From the NCBI GenBank assembly GCA_963837175.1, contig CAWIMJ010000007.1, forward strand, positions 9,008 through 73,007: DNA of 64,000 nt, read 5' to 3'. The stretch's first letter is position 1; each line of letters begins with the position of its first letter. Below are positions 44,027 through 55,803 of this stretch, piece by piece. The translations under genes and the position numbers were made by a program. A model generated the notes under the pieces. It did no database searches and was not told where the DNA came from. It was given only the letters and a program-made list of their open reading frames with translations. Source of the stretch: an uncultured Nitrososphaeraceae archaeon (lineage in GTDB: Archaea > Thermoproteota > Nitrososphaeria > Nitrososphaerales > Nitrososphaeraceae).

Positions 44027-44123
44027 TGGGGCCAGTGGGATTTGAACCCACGACCGCCAGCGCCCCAGGCGTGTACCTCTTTATTGAGAGATGGTATCCT
44101 AGACCAAGCTAGACGATAGCCCC
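44027..44123 (-). tRNA. tRNA-Pro(GGG) with 21-nt intron at position 29/30
   Basis: Acceptor GGGGCTA/TGGCCCC, T-arm GTGGGTTCAAATCCCAC; after removing 44071-44091 the anticodon arm reads CCAGC-CTGGGGC-GCTGG. Confidence 0.93.
44071..44091 (-). other. tRNA intron (relaxed BHB)
   Basis: AGG-ATAC-CA^T-CTCT-caataa-AGAG-GTAC-AC^G-CCT; one A.C mismatch in the central helix. Confidence 0.88.
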
Positions 44124-44149
44124 TTGTCAAAATCAGATAAGTTTACCTC

Positions 44150-44156
44150 TTTTAAA
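44150..44156 (-). promoter_or_regulatory. Probable TATA box of tRNA-Pro
   Basis: TTTAAAA on the minus strand about 27-33 bp upstream of the tRNA 5' end. Confidence 0.5.
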
Positions 44157-44770
44157 TGTACAGTAATTGTCCAAAATAAGATTATGATTAATACATAAAT
44201 TGGAATTAAAGTGAAATGGTAATCGCTTATAGTATAATGAATTTCTCGAAAAATAAAGAGCAATTATATTAGCCATCAATCATGTTAATTGGATCAGTCG
44301 TTTTATATTGCATATAGAGGAATATTTATCGTATAAACAATAGTACTTTATCGTATTTTCTCATGTAAGAAACATTTACCGATATTTTGTTGTGTAACAA
44401 GAGCGTAATTATTGAAGTTACACTTGATATCATATAAACAGTAGTTGATGTAAAGCAAAGATACTATAGTAGTCTTGTGTTTCTTTTATTACATATTCTA
44501 ATTCTCTACTGTTTTCTTAGTCTTTTTGTTAGAGAATGACTTTGGATAATTTTTCCTTACAGTTAACAGGTTCAAAACCTTGTTTATAACATCTGCGATG
44601 TGTGTGTGTTGTAATTGTTGGTTATTATTTAATATTCAGAGTTTATCAATAAAGATTACTGAATTTTCAGTGATTTCCCTCAAGATACATTATCTTGCTT
44701 TCTTTTACTTTCCCTAATTTCACAGATATGATAAGTTATTTATTATGAATGGTAGCAAATCAATAAATAA

Positions 44771-45580
44771 TCAAATCGCTTTCATCCTACCGAAAGAAAA
44801 AACTCCAAGTGCTCCTAAACCTGCAGTAAATGCAATTAATATGCTTATATCTACTTCAAAAGGCGCGCTCCCTATGCCAATCATAGCATTCCTGAGCGCG
44901 TCTACAGCGTATGTGGCAGGATCTATTAATATTAAAAATGAAAGCCAATCAGGGAGGTTATCTAACGAAAATAGAGCACCACTTAAAAAGAAAATAGGGA
45001 AGACTACAAAACTTACAATCATCTGGAATCCTTCTAGACTATGCATATAGCTACCAAGAGTAAGACCTAGCGATGTCAATGAAAACGATAGAAGCAAAAC
45101 AACTACTACAGTTTGAACTAAGGATAAAATAGTATAGTTAATGCCTATAATACCTCCAACTATCAAAAGTATAGAAACCTGAACCAGCGAATTTGTCATC
45201 CCTCCAAATGTTTTACCTACAAAAACAATTCCTCTGCTGACAGGTGCGACCATTACACTTTTTAAAAAGTCAAATTTTCTGTCCCATATTATATACAATC
45301 CATAAAAAATGGATGTAAATATGACAGACATACTAACTATCCCAGGAAAAATGAACCTTTGATAATCCACATTTGCATCAATGGTATTGATGTTATTTGA
45401 GCCAATACCTGATCCAAGTACAAATAACCAAAGAAGTGGTGTGAATGTAGATGCTACAAGCCTGCTCCTTTCTCTTAAAAATACTTTAAATTCTCTAAGC
45501 CAAATAGCATATATTTTGTCAAAAAGTATTTCTAAATGAGCCCGAATACTTTTGTAGCTATCATTTATAGTAGTAGGCAT
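44771..45580 (-). CDS. ABC-2 type transporter permease (DrrB-like)
   Basis: IWLREFK, FIFPG, DRKFDFLKSVMVAPVSR, FLSGALF, PATYAVDALR. Confidence 0.9.
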   Translation of the reverse strand: MPTTINDSYKSIRAHLEILFDKIYAIWLREFKVFLRERSRLVASTFTPLLWLFVLGSGIGSNNINTIDANVDYQRFIFPGIVSMSVIFTSIFYGLYIIWDRKFDFLKSVMVAPVSRGIVFVGKTFGGMTNSLVQVSILLIVGGIIGINYTILSLVQTVVVVLLLSFSLTSLGLTLGSYMHSLEGFQMIVSFVVFPIFFLSGALFSLDNLPDWLSFLILIDPATYAVDALRNAMIGIGSAPFEVDISILIAFTAGLGALGVFSFGRMKAI

Positions 45581-45931
45581 TTTTTCCCGACCGTCCGTAT
45601 AGAATGGGTAAGATGAATAAATTCGAAGTGTTGGCATATAACTGATGGATGTAGAACGTGAATGAATATAGCATATAGGTAAGTTTTGGCAATACTCATT
45701 AAATAACAACTTCATTCCATTTACTATTTATTTATTTATTTTTAGCAGTTTGTCTAGATGATAGAAACTAATTTTGTTGATATTTGACCGCTTACTTAAA
45801 ATCTTTTTCTCCTAATAAAGAAAGGGTTTCCTAGTCAAAAAGGTTTTATTAGATCCTAGAAAATCTATTTATGTAATCATGACTTTATTAGATATGATGA
45901 GCATATACTGTTACTATCATATGGTACAAAG

Positions 45932-46345
45932 ATGAGAGTGAACATGGATAAACATCTGATATTATATTGTACGAAACTGATAGTAGTATTTAATATATTT
46001 TATACTTGTCTGAATCAAAATTTAATAGTTCATGTTATTAACTTCGTTAAAGGTTTTGAATCTGCCATAATATTTATAGCTGCAACCTTGTTTCTGCTAA
46101 TATGTATTGCCATTACATTAAGAAATGTCAAAAAATTGCCAAACTATTATGTCGTAGAGATCTTCGATTTATATGGTAAAAAGATTTTCATCGATAGCTT
46201 AAGACAAATCTTTACAACATATGATGCCGCCGAAAGCTACGCGCGTTTTTATCATGAAATCTATAGAGAGCAGTACAAGTTCAGAGTAGTTGGGAAGAGA
46301 AATGTTTACTATAATACCATTAATACCTCTAATAAAACTAGATAG
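45932..46345 (+). CDS. Hypothetical membrane-anchored protein (start uncertain)
   Basis: One TM followed by YYVVEIFD...FTTYDAAESYAR. Confidence 0.55.
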   Translation: MRVNMDKHLILYCTKLIVVFNIFYTCLNQNLIVHVINFVKGFESAIIFIAATLFLLICIAITLRNVKKLPNYYVVEIFDLYGKKIFIDSLRQIFTTYDAAESYARFYHEIYREQYKFRVVGKRNVYYNTINTSNKTR

Positions 46346-46742
46346 TTCCATATTTTGAGAGCGGACTCATACAGATTTTGCAGCCAAACATTGCCAGTTT
46401 ATTTTTTTCCTTGATCTCGTCCAGATTTCTTATGATCAATCTTTTATCATCTTCCGCCAGTTTGAGGGTTGATATATCCTGTTCTGAAACTCCGTAAATT
46501 ATAGGTATGATTGATGTAATCTTATTACACGTATGACAATAACCTTCAGATATTCTGCGGGGATTATGGTCATGGTAATTTAAGTGAAATTTTTCAGCTT
46601 CATCTTGTGTAATTCCAAAGGAATCTATAAGTTTATAATTAATTCTATAATAGAGTAGATCTCCTTCATCATATTCATTATTTCTTAGGTAAAATCCATG
46701 CAGGTCTTTGAGCAAGCGATCAATTGCAGTTACATCAATCAA
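46338..46742 (-). CDS. Hypothetical protein with two CxxC motifs
   Basis: CHTC...IIPIIYG...GCKIC. Confidence 0.65.
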   Translation of the reverse strand: MIDVTAIDRLLKDLHGFYLRNNEYDEGDLLYYRINYKLIDSFGITQDEAEKFHLNYHDHNPRRISEGYCHTCNKITSIIPIIYGVSEQDISTLKLAEDDKRLIIRNLDEIKEKNKLAMFGCKICMSPLSKYGTI

Positions 46743-47190
46743 TAAATTACAATGATAGCTTTTGTAATAGATCTATTAATATATTTTTGATTTACATTTC
46801 TATTATTTATCATAAAATCGACTAACGTTATGATAATACCTTTCCTTTTATACTAAGACAATAAATGATTCAAAAAACTAAAAAGTTGTTAAAAATATTA
46901 TAAACTTTAAAATACAGACTTTAACATCATATAAGGTTAAGTCTTTGCCAAAGGATACTGATTGTTTGTTATACTACAATAATAAGCCCTAATGGTTATA
47001 GTAGGATTGAAATGAAATTAAATAATAAAAGATTTGTTATGCCATATCATCAATATTGCTAATTAATTATAAAATAAAATTAATAAAATTTGATATTAAC
47101 AAATCAGTTGTGTTATACACTATGACAGAAAGAAAGAAAAGAACAACTCTCTTCTAAAAATAGGATAGATAAATAAGTGATGAAAAAAGA

Positions 47191-47439
47191 TTGTTAAGAA
47201 TAATGAAACATCCTAAAAAACAACAACATACACAGCAGAAAAAAAATAATAATGAGAAAAATAATGCCATTAGTAGTGGAAAAGTAACTTCAATGATAGG
47301 TAAGAGCGTTTTCACTTTAACTTTTAATGTAGATATAGCACGTGCTCTTAATTTTCAACATAATGAATCACTAAGTTATAATATAATTGGCAACCAATTG
47401 ATTATTAAAAAGGAGGATTCTAATAGAATAGACTGGTAG
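47191..47439 (+). CDS. AbrB/MazE/SpoVT-like small DNA-binding protein
   Basis: GKSVFTLTFNVDIARALNF...LIIKK swapped-hairpin pattern. Confidence 0.5.
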   Translation: MLRIMKHPKKQQHTQQKKNNNEKNNAISSGKVTSMIGKSVFTLTFNVDIARALNFQHNESLSYNIIGNQLIIKKEDSNRIDW

Positions 47440-47903
47440 ATATAAGGATTAGCCATTGATTAAGGATCAATTCATAACATACAATAATTGCTAATATTCA
47501 GTCAACTAATTATCGAGTTCTTGGATACCATTCCGTCGCTGTGCGGGACTGCCTTAGTTATTCATATTTAGACATGGGTGTAAAAATGCCAAAAATCGCG
47601 ATCTATAGGATAACTGTCTCTATCGAATTACGACCGGTTAAATCACAGGAGTGTTTAAATTTAATAAGAAATAGTATAGCAAATATTATACATCTATTGT
47701 TAGTCTTACATAGGAATGTGAAAATAATATAATTTTTCTAGTCTTTTTAATTCTTTTTTTATTTATTAACAGCCTGATTTTTATCTTCTATCTGAAGTAT
47801 CTCAAATGCAATCGACCTAATGTATTACATAAGTCACTCTAGTCTTTCTGACAATCATTTTATACACCGCTTCTTTTATTTTGCTGTTAGTGTTTGGACT
47901 ATC

Positions 47904-48041
47904 ATGGAAGGATATTGCGTTAAATGTAAATCAAAGAGGTCAATGAAAGACGAGAAGAAGGTCACAATGAAAAATGGTAGGCCTGCAACCACAGGAATTT
48001 GTTCTATCTGTGGAACAAAAATGTTCAAGATAGGCAAATGA
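47904..48041 (+). CDS. DUF5679-like small zinc-ribbon protein
   Basis: MEGYCVKCK...MKNGRPATTGICSICGTKMFKIGK; T-rich terminator-like tract follows. Confidence 0.85.
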   Translation: MEGYCVKCKSKRSMKDEKKVTMKNGRPATTGICSICGTKMFKIGK

Positions 48042-48241
48042 TCTTTTTCTCACTTTTTGTTTTCCGTTAAGACTGTACATCCTTTGTGCTGTAGCTTATG
48101 CTATGATTCATATCATATAATTATGGGGGTTCAAACTGTATGTCAAGAGAATGTATTATAGCTGTATAGTTAAAAAATATCTCTTATCCAGATTCTTTAT
48201 GCAATTAAAATATAATACCATAAAATATATTAGAAGATCAT

Positions 48242-49210
48242 TTGATAACTATACGCAATCTTGTTAAAAGATATCAGAATATAATTGCTGTTAATGACCT
48301 AAGTCTAGATATTCATGAAAATGAGGTTTTTGGTCTTCTAGGACCAAATGGTGCAGGCAAAACCACTACAATACATATGCTTGCCACTCTTCTTAAACCT
48401 ACCTCTGGCACTGCTACTATAAATGGTTATGACATTGTAAATGAACCTGCTAAAGTGAGGGCCAGCATAGGTATTGTGTTTCAGGCACCGAGTAGTGATG
48501 ACATGTTAACAGGATATGAAAATCTAAAGCTTCATTCTTTGCTTTATAGCGTCCCTAGAGATATCAGAGAAAAAAGAATTTGCGAAGTATTAGAATTAGT
48601 AGGTCTAACCGAAAGAAAAGATGATAAAGTCAAGCAATATTCGGGTGGGATGAGAAGGCGGCTAGAGATTGCAAGAGGTCTTATTCATAGGCCGAAAGTA
48701 ATTTTCCTTGACGAGCCAACACTTGGTCTTGACCCAACAGGCAGGGAATCAATGTGGAAATATATAAAACAATTGGTGAGGGAAGAAAAGATCATTATTA
48801 TATTGACAACTCACTATATGGAGGAAGCTGATATTCTCTGTGATAGAATTGGCATTATAGATAAGGGCAAAATAATTGCATTGGACACACCATCAAAACT
48901 AAAAAAGATGATTGCTAGCGATATTATAAAACTGAAGCTAAAGAAAAAAAATAGTCAGGATATCGAAACTCTAAGGAGCTTTACTTTTATACATAAAATT
49001 GAAAGTATAAATATTAATGATGAGCAAATTTTTATTTTATCAGTAGATAATGCTAGCCATAATCTTCCTATAATTTTGAAATACATTGATGTTGAATCAG
49101 TAGAGTTCACAAGTACTACATTAAACGACGTATTTCTTGGATTTACTGGTCGAGATCTCAAAGAACAGCCAGAAGGAGGTTTTATGGAAAGATATGCTCA
49201 ATATGATTAG
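48242..49210 (+). CDS. ABC transporter ATP-binding protein (DrrA-like)
   Basis: GPNGAGKTT, YSGGMRRRL, FLDEPT, TTHYMEEA. Confidence 0.95.
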   Translation: MITIRNLVKRYQNIIAVNDLSLDIHENEVFGLLGPNGAGKTTTIHMLATLLKPTSGTATINGYDIVNEPAKVRASIGIVFQAPSSDDMLTGYENLKLHSLLYSVPRDIREKRICEVLELVGLTERKDDKVKQYSGGMRRRLEIARGLIHRPKVIFLDEPTLGLDPTGRESMWKYIKQLVREEKIIIILTTHYMEEADILCDRIGIIDKGKIIALDTPSKLKKMIASDIIKLKLKKKNSQDIETLRSFTFIHKIESININDEQIFILSVDNASHNLPIILKYIDVESVEFTSTTLNDVFLGFTGRDLKEQPEGGFMERYAQYD

Positions 49211-49488
49211 CATTAGTGGAAATGTACCAATTGACGTTACAGCAGTATAATTATGTATTATGAAAATATACTAGAATCACATTATGATACCAAAAATAGA
49301 GGATAGAAGGTGAAGGTGAAGGTGAAGTAGAAAATAAAATGGAAAACTATTCTATAATTTCTGCATACAAATATTATACGATACTAAGAAATGAGATATT
49401 GGTAAATATTACTACAAATATATTCTGATATTTTTCTGGCTAATAACTGTACTATCACCTCTCATTTTATGAAGTATACTCATACGTA

Positions 49489-50752
49489 TCAAACTTCAAC
49501 GACTTCGCCTACATTTGGAGCTTTTGCATCAAAACCATATATATCTGTGATCTCTTGTGCAAATTTTGTACACGACGGGCCATCACCATGAACTGTAAGC
49601 ACTTTGGGATTACCCTTGATTCGATCCAGAATTTCAAATAATTCACTTCTGCTATTATGTCCTGAAAATTCGAAACGCTTAACATCAGCTAAGCATTTTC
49701 TTACTTTGCCGTCAAATGTCGTAATTCTTTTTTCGAGTAATGTCCTACCGGGAGGTACCTACGCCTTGATATGATACCAGAGCTATGCCATTCTTATCAT
49801 TTTTTGCAATTTCTTGCATATAGAATACTGCAGAACCTCCCACTAACATTCCTGCCGGGGAGATTATTACACATGGTTCTTTTACAGCTTTTTTTCTTCT
49901 GTTCCACCCACTTATCCATTCTGCTCCGCCTATGGCTTGCTTAAATACTTCGGCATTTCTCAAGAATGCAGGATATTTCATCATGATTTGATTAGCTTTA
50001 AGTGCCATTCCATCCATCACTACTTTGTATGGAAAATTGTATTCTTTTAGAACACAAGCTATTTCCTGCGATCTCTCCACAGAAAATGCAGGAATAAATA
50101 ATGTACCCCCTCTTTCAACTACATCATAGGCGTATTCAAGCAGATCCTTTTCAGACTGCTCTCTAGATACTTGTTCAGTCTGAGAATAAGTACTCTCTAA
50201 AATCATCAAGTCAATCTCATCAAAATTCAAATCGGCAGGGCGCAGTAATTTTGAACCTCTAGTATTTATATCCCCTGTATAAAATATACGTTTTCCGTCA
50301 TGTTCTACAACAACTGTAGATCCGCCTAGAACGTGTCCAGATTCAAGCAGAATTATCTTGACGTCTTTTATTATATACGGTTCTCTGTATTCCAAGTTCT
50401 TTGAATACTTCATCATTGTCATAAGATCAATGTATTCAAAGGGCAGATAGAATCCTGATATTTTGATCATATCTTCAATTAACAATCGCGACAGATCGAA
50501 TGTTGGTAGAGTAGCAAGGGCCTGGAGATTCCTTGATTCTGATAGAAATAGAGATGGAACAAAGCCTGAATGGTCTAGATGTGCATGAGTAATTACTACT
50601 GCATCAATATCTTTTGGTTTAACATGCATGGGAAAGATAGGTTCTCTTTTTAAAAGTACGCCATAATCCATCAATATATTAGTACTATTGCTATTTACTA
50701 GGAATGCTGAACGTCCAACTTCCTTCGCAGCACCTAAAACAGATACTTTCAA
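49489..50752 (-). CDS. Beta-CASP metallo-beta-lactamase RNase (aCPSF family), frameshift near 49755
   Basis: GAAKEVGRS, THAHLDH, GHVLG, YTGD, ESTY; continuation FEFSGH...VHGD to stop at 49489. Confidence 0.9.
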
Positions 50753-50921
50753 ATTTTACTCTTCTGAATATTTAGTGATAGATGCTTTAAGTCTTTCACA
50801 GTAAGTAGATATATGCATGCTTCTTAAGGGGTCATTGTACAACATAGTTGTTGATATGAAACTGCGATGAAATAGCGATTATTTGATTAGAATAGTTAAT
50901 TATGGAACAGAGCAGTATTTT

Positions 50922-51758
50922 TTACGTATTATTAAATTGAATATCCCATAAACGTTCCTTTCTCTCTACGTATGAAGTAATATTCTGTAACTGTTCAAGA
51001 TACCTAAATCCGCATTCGTCCAATAAATCTTCAAAATCGTAACGTTCACACAGGTCTTTTTTCTCATCCTCTAATCTTTGCATAAGAATTGATTTTATGG
51101 CTTCTGATTTACTAGGTTTGCTACTATAAATGTACCATAGGTTGTGAGCACCTCGTAGTTTTGAGAGAAATAAATAGTTCTTGCTAGACATTTTTGTATA
51201 GTAAAGATTCATAATTTCAATATTGACATCTTCCCATGAGGGTGTTCTCCATTTAGCAATTCTTTCAAAACCATTGCCTTCAAATTCAGCTGCTAAACTA
51301 ATTCCCTGATCTAATGTTGTCACAATCACATCTGCCTTCGCAGCAACTGCATCTCGAAAATCTAGGCCAGGTTCCATCCAACCAACAAAGATAACATCGA
51401 ATTGTTGGTTAATTCCCCAGCGAGCATCGGCAATTTTGATATAATCTGGTTTTTCTCTTTTGTAATAATAAAAGATTTTCGCGTCATTATCAATACCTAA
51501 TGCATTGGGAATAAATTCCCGTATTTTTGAAAGAAAGTCGCCGTTTCCGCAACCTACGTCTAAGTATCTTGGTTTGCCATTCTTTGCAACTGCTTTTAAT
51601 ATAGAAATTAGACGGAGTACATCAATTTTTCTATATGCAAAATACGTGCCACATAAAAAAGGAAAACTATAACGTTCGTGATGTGGGGACATAGCATATG
51701 TTTTAAATTGTTTTAAGGAGATCATCGCTTTTTGGAGATCAGCTGTTTTAAAGGGCAT
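50922..51758 (-). CDS. Class I SAM-dependent methyltransferase
   Basis: YLDVGCGNG, GID, ADA, FDVIF. Confidence 0.8.
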   Translation of the reverse strand: MPFKTADLQKAMISLKQFKTYAMSPHHERYSFPFLCGTYFAYRKIDVLRLISILKAVAKNGKPRYLDVGCGNGDFLSKIREFIPNALGIDNDAKIFYYYKREKPDYIKIADARWGINQQFDVIFVGWMEPGLDFRDAVAAKADVIVTTLDQGISLAAEFEGNGFERIAKWRTPSWEDVNIEIMNLYYTKMSSKNYLFLSKLRGAHNLWYIYSSKPSKSEAIKSILMQRLEDEKKDLCERYDFEDLLDECGFRYLEQLQNITSYVERKERLWDIQFNNT

Positions 51759-51893
51759 TTTAGATTTAATTATTCAAAAATAAATTCAATTTGTACTATT
51801 TAATGATTATATATATAGCGAAGATCTTTTAAATAGAGATAAATATTATAGTAATATGGCCTCAGAGGACTATAGAAAAACCGATTTAATTAT

Positions 51894-52106
51894 ATGTCTT
51901 TGAGAATAACAATCTTCAAAATGGTCAATGGTCATTGTGACTGTGCAGACTGCAAAGATCCTATTGCAGGTTGGATTCCTTTAAAAGATGACAATAACAC
52001 AATAGCTGGAAGGTTTGATCTTTGTGCAGCACATAAGGAACAGTTTATACAGGAAGAAGTGAGCAAGAACAACATGAGAGAAGACAGAATAATCCAGAAT
52101 AACTGA
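51894..52106 (+). CDS. Small Cys/His-containing hypothetical protein
   Basis: CDCADC...LCAAH, possible zinc site. Confidence 0.6.
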   Translation: MSLRITIFKMVNGHCDCADCKDPIAGWIPLKDDNNTIAGRFDLCAAHKEQFIQEEVSKNNMREDRIIQNN

Positions 52107-52241
52107 TTATTATTAGAGAATAGTGGTTTTGTTAACTTCTAATAAAGTTCCATTACATCTATCTAATATTGTTGATTCTCAACTCTGAAAAGATTGTTTA
52201 TATGTGAAAAAGATGCTTCCTCTTTTCTTATTGTTCGTCAA

Positions 52242-53304
52242 CTACTCTTGTCGTTCACTTAATTCATTTTTTAGCGGATAAACGTATACATTCGCTCTCT
52301 CATCCCCAATCTCTAGAATGTATCATTATTGTTCCATATATCTGATTTCCATCTAAACCCATTGCATCCATACCCAATATAGAAGTAGGATCTACACTCT
52401 CGACTTCTGGAATTATATCATTTCCAGGATATGGCTCTAATGTTATTTTTTCCTCTCCTAGCAAGCCAGTATCTCTTATTCCGTTGGACATCTGCCTTTC
52501 TCCGTCGTTTAGCATGATGTCGATATTGTATTTGCTTCTGAGATTCACCATTCCATTGTACAAGTCAAACTCCTCACCACTAACAATATAGTTAACGAAT
52601 TCTGATTCGAGTATTCTTTTTGAGATGTAATCGTATCCGTTCTGATTGGTAATAAAAATCACTTTGATCCCATTTGTTGGATCAAGAACTGCTATCTGAT
52701 TTCTCTCATATTCTTCAGCTATCTTGAGACTTTTAAATGTTCTCTCAGACCTTGCTATTACAACATAATGAAAAGGATTGTATCTTCCAATTCTTGCATG
52801 TAAGTTAACCAAGTCTTCATAAATGCCTGGATTAGAATTCTTAAGATTATCAGCGAAAAACTGCCAGGTCCGTATCTTTTTCTTATTTACCATTAAGTTA
52901 ATAGCACTAACAGTTATTGCCTTAAAACCTAACAAAATTCTATGAGTAGATGCGAAAACATTATCTCCAATTTTTCGATTACAGCCAGTTAAAAGTGGAA
53001 CTCCTCCAGCGGGTTTACCTGTTATCTTATAGATATATGATCCTTTGCCATCACGCATTGTATTTGCTGCAATATAGCTCGTTGTCTGGTATGGGAATTT
53101 CATTTTATCAATATAACTTGAAGAAGCACCAATTACTATTTCCGGCAACACCTTTCCCACGGATTTCATTCCAAAATCATGCGATGGAGAGATTACCTTG
53201 ATACCTCTCCGGAGGAAATGATCCAGCTGTTCTATGATGATCTTCTTGTTTTCGACTAGCGAGTATAATCTACTTTTATATTTAGATTCAAAGCTTTCTT
53301 CCAT
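52242..53304 (-). CDS. Hypothetical protein with divergent RibD-C/DHFR-like pattern; frameshift near 52312
   Basis: YIAANTMRDG and LRSKYNIDIMLNDG...GLLGEE resemble RibD-C motifs; C-terminus continues IGDERANVYVYPL in another frame. Confidence 0.55.
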
Positions 53305-54023
53305 CAGTTATTAAAGCAACAACTTGCTTATGATAATTTACAATTTATTGGATATCTGCAATATATTATAATATATTTAGATAACAATGCAATCATCAAA
53401 TATATTCTTTGTCCGTTTTACTGGTTGCTGGATCATATTATTTCTAGACGTAACATAAAACAATTTGCATGATCTTTTATCAACCAAAAGCTTATTTGCA
53501 CATCTATAATAGGTGAGATAAGCATTAGAGTTCTACGATCATGATTATTATTACTGATGCTTTGGATTAACCATTATATAAGATAGAGATAATTTAATGA
53601 ACAAGTATCATAATAAAGATGATTGATAGTAATTTAATAGATTAAACAATTCTTCAAATAAAACGAAAGGATTGATTCATTAATTTCTCCTTGTATTAAT
53701 TTGCCTATTCAACAGATGATATCTAACTTATCTCCATTTTATAACAGTAGTATATTCTCCTGCCGGCGATTTATATTCTGTTCCTTACGATATACGTACA
53801 TAATTGGTCATCATACACTTCCGAATAGATTATAATACTTTTTAGATACTGTTTTAATTATGATTCATTAGCTGATCCATTAACATAGATAAAATGATGT
53901 AACATCTTTGCTATGCTCAAATGAGGAGCAATGATTTGAACAACAACTTTGAATTTCATTTCCTCTATTGGGAGCAATACCATTTTAACACAATAATTAT
54001 TTATATTTAGATTAGAAATCTAA

Positions 54024-54236
54024 TTAAGAAGGTAAATAGTTTTTCTTTATGGTATAAAGGATAAAACTGCATTCTTCACAGGAATAAAATAAACTGTCAA
54101 AATCAGAACATAGAGACATTATTGCATAACATCTTGGGCATTCAATTTCATGATTTATTTCAACGGGTGTTTCTTCCTGGTGTTCAATAGTGCAATTTCT
54201 GATCTCAGCGCTTTTCTCCAATTCTGTGTTTGCCAT
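54024..54236 (-). CDS. Small zinc-ribbon protein
   Basis: IECPRC...YSCEECSF. Confidence 0.65.
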   Translation of the reverse strand: MANTELEKSAEIRNCTIEHQEETPVEINHEIECPRCYAIMSLCSDFDSLFYSCEECSFILYTIKKNYLPS

Positions 54237-54885
54237 AATAATACTAATCAAATTATAGATAATTTCTTACTTTTAAAATAAGAATCTCTGTGGGGAGAGG
54301 GGGTAGTATATGCTATGATTACTTTGACCTAAGTGAATTGACGGATATTTTTGACACAAAGCAATGTATCTCTACGCGAATAAGTTTCTTTTACTCTTAA
54401 TGTCTGATACCTAAGTTTGGTCCTTTTTTCTTTTTGTTAGATAGGATTGTCTTTAACTGAGGTTCACAGCATTTACAAAAGATATGATAACTTAATTTTC
54501 ATCTTGAACAAGGATTTTACTAACTAGAAAATTTTATTTATCTATATCTTTAATTCTTGTGATATTTTCATACTTGGTAAATTTAGATGGCTTCCACATG
54601 AAACACACCTTATTAACTGGAGAAAATACAATTGTACTAACAACATATTTCAAAAAAGTAATCATGTATCAGAAGTTTATAGATCCCAGCGTATGGTAAA
54701 ATGAATATGCAGGTAATACATCAATAAGATACTGACAATGACACTCCAGACTCTTTTAGTCGAAATTTCCATATAATTTGTAATCCACGATTGTGATCTT
54801 TTCTATACTTTTCTTGCATTCTAGATAACCATTAGAAATAACTGTTAAAGATAAATCAATTTCATAAATCTAACAAAGGTGTTGT

Positions 54886-55803
54886 TCAATTATATTTCCG
54901 CACGACTATATGCCTCCAATCTCCATTCTTATTACTCTTTTCAAACTCTATTTTGAAATTATATAAATTAAGAAAGTTTAGTATTGGCTTATAATTATCT
55001 GATCCATGAACCTCAATCAAAAGTGCTATGTCTTTACTTTTGGATAGTACATTAGTAGCCCCTTTTAACACTTCAAATTCTGCTCCCTCCACATCAATTT
55101 TAACCCAGTTTACTTCTTCTTCTCTTATTTGATTTAATTGTAATAGACAATCCAATGTGTTAGCATTTACTTCTACAAATTTATCTTCAGTTCCTGCCCT
55201 ATTGGACATAATAGTGTTATATATGGTATAACCTGAATCCTCCTCTGGCAAATACAGTTTTATTTTTGTTTCTTTAGAATATACTGCATAATTCAAAGGT
55301 ATAACATTAGTTAACTGATTTAGTTTGATATTACGATTTAACATTTCAAAATTGCCCGGATGAGCCTCAATAGCAATTACTTTTCCATTTGTACCAACTC
55401 GTTTTGAGCTTATTATTGTATACCGGCCCATATGTGCACCAATATCTACAACTATATCTCCTTGCTTAGGAGTAAAATGTTCTATTATATCATCTTCATG
55501 ATTTGTCATAAATACTAAATCTTCTCTATTAATTCGACAATAGAATTTGTAATCGTATTTTGGTACACTGATTTTTAATAGCATGGAATTACCTATTCTT
55601 AAAATCTTGAATACTTTATACAAGAAAGTATTAAAATCAAATCCTTGTTCAATGAATATTCTGTCTCTTCTCTTTTTTCCTAAAGCTATTCTAAGTAATA
55701 TTCTTAAACCCAAATAGATAACTTTTAAAGAATATAATACACATTTATCTAAAATCTTCACTCCTTTTGTTTCTTTTAGTAACCAAGAATTCAATTCTCC
55801 CAT
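54886..55803 (-). CDS. FkbM family methyltransferase
   Basis: VDIGAHMG, AIEAHP, KIDVEGAE, LIEVH. Confidence 0.92.
   Translation of the reverse strand: MGELNSWLLKETKGVKILDKCVLYSLKVIYLGLRILLRIALGKKRRDRIFIEQGFDFNTFLYKVFKILRIGNSMLLKISVPKYDYKFYCRINREDLVFMTNHEDDIIEHFTPKQGDIVVDIGAHMGRYTIISSKRVGTNGKVIAIEAHPGNFEMLNRNIKLNQLTNVIPLNYAVYSKETKIKLYLPEEDSGYTIYNTIMSNRAGTEDKFVEVNANTLDCLLQLNQIREEEVNWVKIDVEGAEFEVLKGATNVLSKSKDIALLIEVHGSDNYKPILNFLNLYNFKIEFEKSNKNGDWRHIVVRKYN

Larger units (their letters stand above)
34162..44048 (-). mobile_element. Integrative element (about 9.9 kb) at tRNA-Pro
   Basis: Tyrosine integrase starts about 60 bp downstream of the tRNA; att-like repeat at the far end; accessory cargo. 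Confidence 0.72.

Noticed and set aside
43969-44130. N-terminal extension of integrase ORF 43588-44130
   Set aside because: It reads through the tRNA-Pro gene; ATG 43968 is the more plausible start.
49306-49327. (GAAGGT)n short tandem repeat
   Set aside because: Fewer than four units, with no associated feature.
54500-54880. Possible methyltransferase remnant (IRCVSCGSHL, GYLECKK fragments)
   Set aside because: The fragments are too short, in inconsistent order and full of stops.
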